The translations under genes and the position numbers were made by a program. A stretch of 64,000 nt of DNA from a virus (taxonomy: Duplodnaviria; Heunggongvirae; Uroviricota; Caudoviricetes): IMG/VR virus record IMGVR_UViG_3300027744_000008; one strand, 5' to 3'. Below, one piece after another: positions 38,603 to 45,875 of the stretch (the stretch's first letter is position 1; each line of letters opens with the position of its first letter). The notes beneath the pieces were generated by a model. That model made no database searches. It saw only the letters and a program-made list of their open reading frames with translations, and was not told the DNA's origin.

Positions 38603-39247
38603 TTAAGATTCCATTAGCTGGTTAGTAAATTCCAGCAATAGCTTGTGATGCGATCCTTGATGCCAATGGGGACGCATCCAACTATAACCATCATACCAAA
38701 ACTTTTGACTTTCGGGATGACATCCTATTAGCCCTATCCTGTTTTGCACTATGGACATGGCATCACCGTTGGCATAGGTTGCCACTGTTTTAAATTTTGA
38801 TTTATCGCCTACTAGAGCACAGCCGTCGTACCAGAACATGTTATCTGCTTGGCCGTTCCAAGTTATACTGATGTTTTTAGCATGTGGTCTACGAGTATCT
38901 GTATCAGGACGAGACAGATATTGTACAGCATCTACACTGTCTAGTATATCAAAATAATGACTACCTGCCCAATATGCGCCCATGCATATTCCTAGATATC
39001 GGCCACCTCGATTAATAAAGTCAATTACCCGAGGTCCGTTGTGTTGAAATAGTTTTTCGTAGTTATCACTGTCTCCAACCCCTCCAGGAACAGCAATCAT
39101 ATCAACGCCATTAAAGAAATCAGCTTCTAACTTATTTTTAGAAAACAGTTTGAAGTTGTAGTGTGATGATAGCGAACTAAGAATGCCGTTGCCAGATTGC
39201 ACAGAGCAGGTCGGATCATATAAGAATAAAGCTATTGTGGGTTTCAC
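38603..39247 (-). CDS. class I glutamine amidotransferase-like / BPL_N-like protein
   Basis: IAVPGGVGDSD...GGRYLGICMGAY nucleophile-elbow Cys. Confidence 0.45.
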   Translation of the reverse strand: MKPTIALFLYDPTCSVQSGNGILSSLSSHYNFKLFSKNKLEADFFNGVDMIAVPGGVGDSDNYEKLFQHNGPRVIDFINRGGRYLGICMGAYWAGSHYFDILDSVDAVQYLSRPDTDTRRPHAKNISITWNGQADNMFWYDGCALVGDKSKFKTVATYANGDAMSIVQNRIGLIGCHPESQKFWYDGYSWMRPHWHQGSHHKLLLEFTNQLMES

Positions 39248-39360
39248 ACACGTATTTATAATAGATTTTTTTAAACATCACAATAGAAATAAATGTTGAA
39301 TAAATCTATTGACTTAGGGGTATAATAGGATATATAATATACACACATAAAGGAACAGTT

Positions 39361-39861
39361 ATGCCATTAGAAAAAATGTCGATTACATTGGAAAATCTTG
39401 CAAGTGCCCTGGCCGGTGAAAGCCAAGCGCACATCAAGTATCGTTACTTTGCAAAAATTGCTAGAGAAGAAGGCTACGAAGAAGTTGCCCGGCACTTTGA
39501 GCACACAGCAGATCAAGAAATCCTGCATGCCTGGGGTCACCTAGAATTGCTGGTTGGTCGACCAGACACTCGTCGCTGTCTAGAACTGGCCATTGAAGGT
39601 GAGACCTATGAGTTCACCACAATGTATCCGGGCTTTGAACAAGATGCTCGAGCCGAAAACGATCGTACTGCACAGTATGAGTTTCGCAATCAAATTATCG
39701 AAAGCACAGAACATGCAGAACAGTTCAAGGCAGTGTTGGCCAAGGCAGAAAAACGTTTTGCCGCACTCAAGCGAGTTGAAGCACGTCATGCGGCTGCTTA
39801 TCAAGACAAACTAAAGTGGTTGGTTGCAGGAACCTATGATGTCTCAGCAGGAGAAGCATAA
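39361..39861 (+). CDS. rubrerythrin/ferritin-like diiron protein
   Basis: E-x33-ExxH pairs (ESQAHIKY, EILHAW, EFT, EHAEQ). Confidence 0.65.
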   Translation: MPLEKMSITLENLASALAGESQAHIKYRYFAKIAREEGYEEVARHFEHTADQEILHAWGHLELLVGRPDTRRCLELAIEGETYEFTTMYPGFEQDARAENDRTAQYEFRNQIIESTEHAEQFKAVLAKAEKRFAALKRVEARHAAAYQDKLKWLVAGTYDVSAGEA

Positions 39862-39995
39862 TGGATAAAGAATATGTATGCATAGTTTGTGGACATGTAC
39901 ACGACGAAGCTGAAGAAGGATTCTGGGCAGAACTTCCAGATGATTTCCTCTGCCCAGAATGCGGTTGCGGTAAAGAAGACTACGCAGAAATGTAA
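39861..39995 (+). CDS. rubredoxin (44 aa), not in ORF track (<60 aa)
   Basis: MDKEYVCIVCGHVHDEAEEGFWAELPDDFLCPECGCGKEDYAEM: two CxxCG knuckles, DD(F/W)xCP signature; TAATG overlap with rubrerythrin. Confidence 0.8.
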   Translation: MDKEYVCIVCGHVHDEAEEGFWAELPDDFLCPECGCGKEDYAEM

Positions 39996-40198
39996 GTAGT
40001 AACGCTGACTGCATCTAATGATATTCACTACCTTCATTTAATAATATTCACTATGTATTTTAGAAATTTGTCCTGTATAATAGAGATACATAATTAACAC
40101 AAGGAGAACATTATGTGGACAACACCATCAGCAACTGATATGCGTTTCGGATTTGAAATCACTATGTATATCGCTAATCGTTAATCTAACGATAGTAG

Positions 40199-40222
40199 AA
40201 AAGGATCTTCGGGTCCTTTTCT
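40199..40222 (+). terminator. rho-independent terminator (aaaggatc-ttcg-ggtccttt + U-run)
   Basis: seen in sequence. Confidence 0.55.
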
Positions 40223-40223
40223 T

Positions 40224-40886
40224 ATGATAAATATTTCTATGTTAATAGAATCATTTCCGTCATTTCTTTTTTTTAAAAAGTATGTTAATTGTAATTTAAA
40301 TACTAAAATTTTAGATTTTGGCAGTAACTGGGGGAACTATATCAACAGTAATCCGGGTCAGTTCGATAATAAGAACTATACAGGATTGGATGTAGATAAA
40401 GAATCAATAGAAGAGGGTAAACGACTATTCCCTGAAGCTACATGGGTTTGGTACAACAGATACAATGCTGTATACAATCCAACAGGTGAAAAGATCCTGC
40501 CTGATTTAAATCAAACCTTTGACCTAGTTGTAAGCTACAGTGTTTTCACACACATGCCATTAGAAGACATGTTGGAAACACTGGATTATCTTTACAGTCA
40601 CTTAAATCCGGGCGGCACAATCTGCTTCAGCTATTGTAATATTGATAATCCTACGTGCGTTAGTTGGTTCCGAGAGCGTAGAGATAATTGTGATCCAGTT
40701 GAAAGTCAGGATTATGTTTATCTAGTTAACAATCAAGCAACACTTGAAGCACCAACCGAGAAAGTAATACATTTTGTTGTATTTTATAAAACAGAATTCT
40801 TGCTGGCCAAACTATCAAAGTTTAATGCAAGATCAGCATCAACTCATAGCGTCTGGTTCCAAGACGCTATAATAATTACAAAGTAA
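40224..40886 (+). CDS. class I SAM-dependent methyltransferase
   Basis: ILDFGSNWG motif I, acidic motif II. Confidence 0.5.
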   Translation: MINISMLIESFPSFLFFKKYVNCNLNTKILDFGSNWGNYINSNPGQFDNKNYTGLDVDKESIEEGKRLFPEATWVWYNRYNAVYNPTGEKILPDLNQTFDLVVSYSVFTHMPLEDMLETLDYLYSHLNPGGTICFSYCNIDNPTCVSWFRERRDNCDPVESQDYVYLVNNQATLEAPTEKVIHFVVFYKTEFLLAKLSKFNARSASTHSVWFQDAIIITK

Positions 40887-41322
40887 ATTTTGGAGTTAGG
40901 GTAATTGATATTCTAACACTGTTAGGGTCAAATCCAACTACACTGTGATAATGTTGAGCACTAAGTCGGTGCCAACGATCTAGCAGTATCTTTTCTGAAT
41001 ATACTAATTTTTTATTGTCATCGTAAAAAGATGTCGCTACTCTGTCTCCACCTGTATACAACAAATAGTTGTAGGCATAGGGCCTACCGTCAACATCTTT
41101 GTGTATAGGTACTATATTCCTTAACACTTGGTACAAGGGCTGTCTTTCTAGTTCAACGTCTAAATTTTTTGACAGCCAATCGGATAATTCGGCAGAGAGT
41201 GGTTTGGTCACGTAGTTGTCATATGTCCAATCTGAATCAAAGTTTTCTCGATTAAGGATTGTATCAACTGACTCTACGAAATGTTCGGGTATCGGTGGAT
41301 AGTCTAGGTATTCTATGTACAT
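40876..41322 (-). CDS. cupin/2OG-Fe(II) oxygenase-like hypothetical protein
   Basis: PIHKDVDG ... HYHSV. Confidence 0.35.
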   Translation of the reverse strand: MYIEYLDYPPIPEHFVESVDTILNRENFDSDWTYDNYVTKPLSAELSDWLSKNLDVELERQPLYQVLRNIVPIHKDVDGRPYAYNYLLYTGGDRVATSFYDDNKKLVYSEKILLDRWHRLSAQHYHSVVGFDPNSVRISITLTPKFTL

Positions 41323-41380
41323 GATCTATTTAAGTCACTTTTAAGAATCTGATTGACAAAAATCTAATAATAAATACATC

Positions 41381-41935
41381 ATGTTAACCTCAACATCTTA
41401 CAAAGAAATTAAATTACCGAATCCTATATCATTAGACCCTGATCTAATACTATCCAATGTCACTCTGTATCACAATATCGAAGCTGAAGATTCGGCAACT
41501 GTAAAATCTTATCTATCTAAAGATCGTAATTTTATTAAAAAACTTGTGAGCAACATATTTAAATTTCATATTCGACCTGATTATTTAGGATATGTTGAAA
41601 TCACGTTTGAGTCCGGGAGTATCCATCCACACACTGATGAGCATCGATATGGGTTAAACATCATATTAGAAGACCAAGGCGCTGTTACCAAGTTCTGGAC
41701 TACCACAGAAAAACATGACACAACCATTCCGGATGCGGTGATCTATGATATTAACAAATGTCAATTGATTGGAGAATTTAAAGCAACTGCTGGTTCAGCA
41801 TGGTTGTACGACCTACATACTATACACAGTGTACACAATGTAAACAGCACAGGCAACAGAAAAATAATCTCTATCAGATGGAGTGGAGAAAATAACACAT
41901 TTGATCAACTATACAACAGTATAGAAGTTTTATAG
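41381..41935 (+). CDS. 2OG-Fe(II) oxygenase-like protein (paralog family A)
   Basis: HPHTDEH...LHTIHSVHNVNSTGNRKIISIRW; paralogous to 48339(-) and 53196(+). Confidence 0.45.
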   Translation: MLTSTSYKEIKLPNPISLDPDLILSNVTLYHNIEAEDSATVKSYLSKDRNFIKKLVSNIFKFHIRPDYLGYVEITFESGSIHPHTDEHRYGLNIILEDQGAVTKFWTTTEKHDTTIPDAVIYDINKCQLIGEFKATAGSAWLYDLHTIHSVHNVNSTGNRKIISIRWSGENNTFDQLYNSIEVL

Positions 41936-42598
41936 TGTTGCAAAAATGCCACATTATCACAAGGTTCTTGACAGAAGATATAAATACTCATATAATAGAG
42001 ACATATTGTTAGTTAGAGGCCGGTGCAAAACTAATTTTACCAAAAAGTAAAAAAACAGTTGACAGCACAGTCAGAAGACTATACAATAGAGGCATACGTT
42101 AGAGATAACGTAGTTTTTAAGGAAAAAGAAAGCAAATGAAAAACAGTACGAAACATTCACAGCTAATACTAGCCAAACAAGGCGGCTTTATGCCCTCTTA
42201 TTGGTCAGCGATTAGTAATAATGATCGTACACCAGAGATTTGCCCAGGGTCCATGGAGGACAGGATTAGGTAACATACTTACTACTCCAAACTTCAAAGG
42301 ACCCTAGGATTAAAAACCCTGGGGTTTTTTGTTTTCGACGCTGAGATTGTCAAGGCAATCGTTGAAGCAAAGTGTGAAAAGGTGGTAACGAGGACCACGC
42401 TGGGCACTTTAAACATCTAGCAAACGGGCGGCCTGTAGGATGAAACTCTTCTTCTAGAGCGAAAAATTACAGCGTATTAAAGCATACTTCCCCTCTAGAC
42501 AACAAACGCTGGAGACTTTGTTAGTATGCTTTAATACACACTCTCCACGTTGCTGACTTTGACTCAGTGAACACGCATAGCGGGAGAGTGTCTTATTT

Positions 42599-42685
42599 GG
42601 ATGTGTGTGCCGAATGGTGAAGGCAGCTGACTGTAAATCAGTGACATAAGAAACGTTGGTGGTTCGAGTCCATCCGCATCCACCA
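42599..42685 (+). tRNA. tRNA-Tyr(GTA), type II, CCA encoded
   Basis: hand-folded: acceptor ggatgtg/cgcatcc, loop cuGUAaa, long variable arm. Confidence 0.75.
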
Positions 42686-42690
42686 AATTT

Positions 42691-42765
42691 GGTCCTGTCA
42701 TATAGTGGCTATTATACCGGCCTGTCTAGTCGGATATCGGGGTTCGATTCCCCGCAGGATCGCCA
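42691..42765 (+). tRNA. tRNA-Asp(GTC)
   Basis: acceptor ggtcctg/caggatc, loop cuGUCua, T-arm cgggg-ttcgatt-ccccg, disc G. Confidence 0.6.
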
Positions 42766-42769
42766 ATTA

Positions 42770-42844
42770 GGGGGATTCATATACTGGGTATTATGCCTGC
42801 CTTGCACGTAGGTCAAAAGAGTTCGATTCTCTTATCCTCCACCA
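42770..42844 (+). tRNA. tRNA-Ala(TGC) with G3:U70
   Basis: loop cuUGCac; G3-U70 identity pair present. Confidence 0.75.
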
Positions 42845-42917
42845 GTTTTAGGATAGCAACAGCAAACAAATCCAATTTCACTTTTAATGAAAAAAAGATG
42901 CTATCCTGTTTTATTAT

Positions 42918-42994
42918 GCGACCTTAGCTCAGTTGGATAGAGCACTTGCCTACGAAGTAAGGGGTCAGGAGTTCGAGTCTCTTAGGTCGCGCCA
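42918..42994 (+). tRNA. tRNA-Arg(ACG)
   Basis: loop cuACGaa; acceptor gcgacct/aggtcgc. Confidence 0.75.
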
Positions 42995-43001
42995 AATATA
43001 T

Positions 43002-43076
43002 TCCCTAGTAGCTCAGCGGTAGAGCAGCAGGCTGTTAACTTGTTGGTCCGTGGTTCGATCCCACGCTGGGGAGCCA
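43002..43076 (+). tRNA. tRNA-Asn(GTT), U1-A72 as in E. coli
   Basis: loop cuGUUaa. Confidence 0.7.
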
Positions 43077-43084
43077 ATTTATGT

Positions 43085-43159
43085 TGGGGTGTAGTGTAAT
43101 GGCTATCACAGCGGGCTTTGAACTCGCTAATCTTGGTTCGATTCCAAGCACCCCTACCA
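43085..43159 (+). tRNA. tRNA-Gln(TTG) with U1.U72 mismatch
   Basis: loop cuUUGaa; acceptor tggggtg vs cacccct. Confidence 0.6.
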
Positions 43160-43233
43160 GTTTTAGGTTAATTACAGCGATAAAAAATGGCTGTCTGCTA
43201 GGACGTTAAACTAGTATTAACCTGTTTTATTTT

Positions 43234-43308
43234 ACTCCGGTCGTCTAGTGGCTAGGACGCCAGCCTTTCAAGTTGGAGAAGCGGGATCGAAACCCGTTCG
43301 GAGTACCA
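43234..43308 (+). tRNA. tRNA-Glu(TTC) copy 1 (A1-U72)
   Basis: D/anticodon region cgtctagtggctaggacgccagccTTTCAAgttgg matches Glu family. Confidence 0.65.
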
Positions 43309-43315
43309 AGTTTAT

Positions 43316-43393
43316 ATAGCGGTGGCAGAGAGGCCCATTGCATCGGATTGCAAATCCGAAAAACCGTGAGTTCAAATCTCACCCGCTATTCCA
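43316..43393 (+). tRNA. tRNA-Cys(GCA), discriminator U73
   Basis: tcgga-ttGCAaa-tccga; U73 Cys identity. Confidence 0.65.
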
Positions 43394-43398
43394 AATTT

Positions 43399-43472
43399 GC
43401 CCTTTTAGTTAAATGGTATAACAACTGTTTTGTAATCAGTTATTGGCAGTTCGATTCTGTCATGGGGCACCA
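43399..43472 (+). tRNA. tRNA-Thr(TGT) copy 1 (U31.U39)
   Basis: actgt-tuUGUaa-tcagt resembles B. subtilis Thr-UGU arm. Confidence 0.65.
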
Positions 43473-43705
43473 AGTTTTGAGAGTGTCAGCAAGTGAAGTC
43501 ACGCTGTTTAGTATTCTTCGAAGGTACTGAGCAGTAAAAGGCAAATGGGTTCAACTCCCACCCGCGGGCAACTGCGGAGGTCCGTAATGGGGACTACGCT
43601 GGACGGATCCCAAGTGATATCCATCGTGCTCGAGGTCAGGCTAGGCGGCCGGTAAGTCCTGAATAAATCTACGATAAAAGCGGCGTAGGCTCTCAAATTC
43701 AATTT

Positions 43706-43780
43706 CCTCTTGTAGCTCAATGGTAGAGCACTCGCTTGATAAGCGATAGACCTAAGGTTCGATTCCTTTCGAGAGGACCA
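43706..43780 (+). tRNA. tRNA-Ile(GAT)
   Basis: loop uuGAUaa; acceptor cctcttg/cgagagg. Confidence 0.7.
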
Positions 43781-43937
43781 AGTTTCGAGTTAGACGTCAA
43801 CGTTGAGTCCCCATGGCATAGCACAATGCGGATTGTGTGACACACCAGTATGCTAATAGAGGTTGTTTAAACTCCGTTGCGCGAGACAATCTAGCGAGTC
43901 TTCCCAGGAGGATAGTTAGGCACTTGAAAATCTATTA

Positions 43938-44016
43938 CTGGGATTATTGTCAGTCAGGTCAGACGGCTCGCCTTGGAAGTGAGAGGTCGCAGGTTCGAAT
44001 CCTGCATCCCAGACCA
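43938..44016 (+). tRNA. tRNA-Pro-like (anticodon TGG; C1-G72, A73), irregular D-arm
   Basis: ctcgc-cuUGGaa-gtgag; 79 nt; 3 nt between acceptor and D-stem. Confidence 0.45.
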
Positions 44017-44030
44017 AAGACTTCTTTGGT

Positions 44031-44104
44031 GTGACTATGTTGTAATGGTAGCAACACAGATTGTGATTCTGTTAGCATGGGTTCGATCCCCATTAGTCAC
44101 CCCA
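44031..44104 (+). tRNA. tRNA-His(GTG), C73, no encoded G-1
   Basis: acaga-uuGUGau-tctgt; perfect acceptor gtgacta/tagtcac. Confidence 0.75.
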
Positions 44105-44114
44105 AAGAAGTTTT

Positions 44115-44192
44115 GCCCTTGTGGACAAATTGGTAAAGTCGCCTCTCTCAAAAGGAGTAGTTCTGTCTGTTCGAATCAGACCAAGGGTACCA
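44115..44192 (+). tRNA. atypical class-I tRNA with anticodon CAA (Leu codon UUG) but no long variable arm
   Basis: cctct-cuCAAaa-ggagt; variable region only 6 nt; good T-arm and acceptor. Confidence 0.45.
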
Positions 44193-44194
44193 AT

Positions 44195-44268
44195 GCTCTT
44201 ATAGTTAAATGGTAGAACACCTCTTTGGTATGGAGGTAATGGTAGTTCGATTCTACCTAAGAGCACCA
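44195..44268 (+). tRNA. tRNA-Thr(GGT)
   Basis: cctct-uuGGUau-ggagg. Confidence 0.75.
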
Positions 44269-44277
44269 AAAGTATAT

Positions 44278-44353
44278 GCCAAGATAGCTCAGTTGGTAGA
44301 GCACCGGTCTGAAGAATCGGGTGTGGTTGGTTCGATCCCAACTCTTGGTACCA
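44278..44353 (+). tRNA. tRNA-Phe(GAA)
   Basis: ccggt-cuGAAga-atcgg. Confidence 0.8.
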
Positions 44354-44527
44354 ATTTTAGGATGCGAACAGCAAATAAAAAAATTCAACTTGTAATTGAA
44401 AAATAAGCATCCTGTTTTTAAAATGTTCAAAAGGAGAACGACATGAAACGTGCTAAACGTTAGTGTCATCTTTAGATTCCATGTAGGTCTAGGGATGGCA
44501 CGTAAAAGAAAATCTAATACGTACTAT

Positions 44528-44602
44528 CCCTTCGAGGTGTTATGGTAGCATACTCGGCTCTTAACCGATGAGGTGACAGTTCGAATCTGTCTGGAGGGAC
44601 CA
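44528..44602 (+). tRNA. tRNA-Lys(CTT)
   Basis: ctcgg-cuCUUaa-ccgat; A73. Confidence 0.55.
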
Positions 44603-44608
44603 ATTCAT

Positions 44609-44684
44609 GGAAGCATAACTCAATGGCTAGAGTATCGGACTTTTAATCCGAGAGTTGTGGGTTCGAGTCCCACTGCTTCTACCA
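44609..44684 (+). tRNA. tRNA-Lys(TTT)
   Basis: tcgga-cuUUUaa-tccga. Confidence 0.8.
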
Positions 44685-44840
44685 TATAAAAACATACTGG
44701 TCTACCGCCACCGAGAGGTAGTTAAAGACAATGACAAGCAACAGCCAGTGTGTTTCTATATGGTGACTATATAAAAACACGCTCGCGGCTCCCGGGGTTG
44801 GGGGTACGTTGTACGACTACCCTAGAGTGTGTTTCTATAT

Positions 44841-44916
44841 GGTAACGTAGCATAGTGGCTAATGCACCACCTTCATACGGTGTCGATCGTCGGTTCGAGT
44901 CCGACCGTTACTACCA
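44841..44916 (+). tRNA. tRNA-Met/Ile2 (CAT) copy 1
   Basis: ccacc-uuCAUac-ggtgt. Confidence 0.6.
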
Positions 44917-45042
44917 AGTTTAGGATAGTAACAGCAAATTTAAAAACAACTACTCTTGAAAAGTGAAGGAACGGTTCGACTCCGTGGCCGCAAGGTTTGG
45001 TGTAACGGTAGCACTATGTTAAATTCTATCCTGTTTAATAAT

Positions 45043-45116
45043 GTCTCGGTGGTGTAATGGCAGCATGGCGGTCTCCAAAACCGTTCGTGGGGGTTCGAGT
45101 CCCTCCCGGGACGCCA
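45043..45116 (+). tRNA. tRNA-Trp(CCA), G73
   Basis: gcggt-cuCCAaa-accgt. Confidence 0.75.
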
Positions 45117-45122
45117 ATTAAT

Positions 45123-45210
45123 GGAAGTGTGTCTGAGTGGGTTAAGGTACCGCACTTGAAATGCGGCGTGTCGAAGGGCACCGTGGGTTCGAATCCTACC
45201 ACTTCCGCCA
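45123..45210 (+). tRNA. tRNA-Ser(TGA), type II
   Basis: ccgca-cuUGAaa-tgcgg; long variable arm; G73. Confidence 0.8.
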
Positions 45211-45215
45211 AGTTA

Positions 45216-45875
45216 TTACCAAATACTACTATTTGAATAATGATTGTCAACTACAATCTCAGGGATTGAAATCCATTCAGGTTGGCTAATCATCCATCTC
45301 ACAATGCTGGCAATTTCTTCGGGCTTGGTCCAGCAAACGCTAGAATTCCAATTGTAGTTTTTATAATGATCCGGATCAACTCTAAAAGGTGTCAAACTCC
45401 TGGCCAGCGGAGTATCCACTGCGCTGGGGCTGATGCACATGACCTTGACTGGTTTAGATCTACTGTTGCTTAATGCAACACTGGTCTCTTTGAGATGTTT
45501 CTTAGCAACCGCATAGGCAGTTCTGATAGAGTTTTCTCTAATGCCAGTTAGTCGTTCAGCACTTATGCTAGATACATTTATGATTTGCCCCGTGGGCATC
45601 TTATCATAAAATTTTAACAACAGATCAACGGATGCAGTACCAATCATGTGTAGTGTTTTGTATTTGTCAGAGAACAATGCCGCGGCGTTGTTGACAAACA
45701 AGTCAGGTGTATATTTTCCCACAAGATAGTTTCTAAATGCTTCATCTTGCAAATCACCTTGTTCAATGGCAGCATCACTTCTGCCAACTGTGATCACTTG
45801 ATACTCTGTACTTAGATCGTTGGCAATGGCTAAACCTATGCCTTTTGTTCCGCCCGTTACTAGTGCTATTTTCAT
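45216..45875 (-). CDS. short-chain dehydrogenase/reductase (SDR)
   Basis: VTGGTKGIGLAIA Rossmann, NNAA motif. Confidence 0.65.
   Translation of the reverse strand: MKIALVTGGTKGIGLAIANDLSTEYQVITVGRSDAAIEQGDLQDEAFRNYLVGKYTPDLFVNNAAALFSDKYKTLHMIGTASVDLLLKFYDKMPTGQIINVSSISAERLTGIRENSIRTAYAVAKKHLKETSVALSNSRSKPVKVMCISPSAVDTPLARSLTPFRVDPDHYKNYNWNSSVCWTKPEEIASIVRWMISQPEWISIPEIVVDNHYSNSSIW

Noticed and set aside
42303-42333. Possible terminator aaaacccugggguuuuuug after a 46-aa micro-ORF (42136-42276)
   Set aside because: The stem has only a 2-nt loop, and the upstream ORF has a weak RBS and no recognisable features. Kept only as a possibility, not a feature.
43473-43705. Group I intron-containing tRNA or RNase P RNA in the 230-nt gap
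   Set aside because: Too short for a group I intron plus two exons, and no exon halves of a tRNA could be drawn. It lacks the universally conserved RNase P P4 motifs and is under half the length.
43273-44469. Several 60-85-aa ORFs in the track on both strands within the tRNA array (43273, 43508-, 43837, 43973, 44093-, 44209, 44257-)
   Set aside because: They overlap hand-folded tRNA genes, lack RBS, and have low-complexity translations; they are artefacts of stop-poor tRNA sequence.
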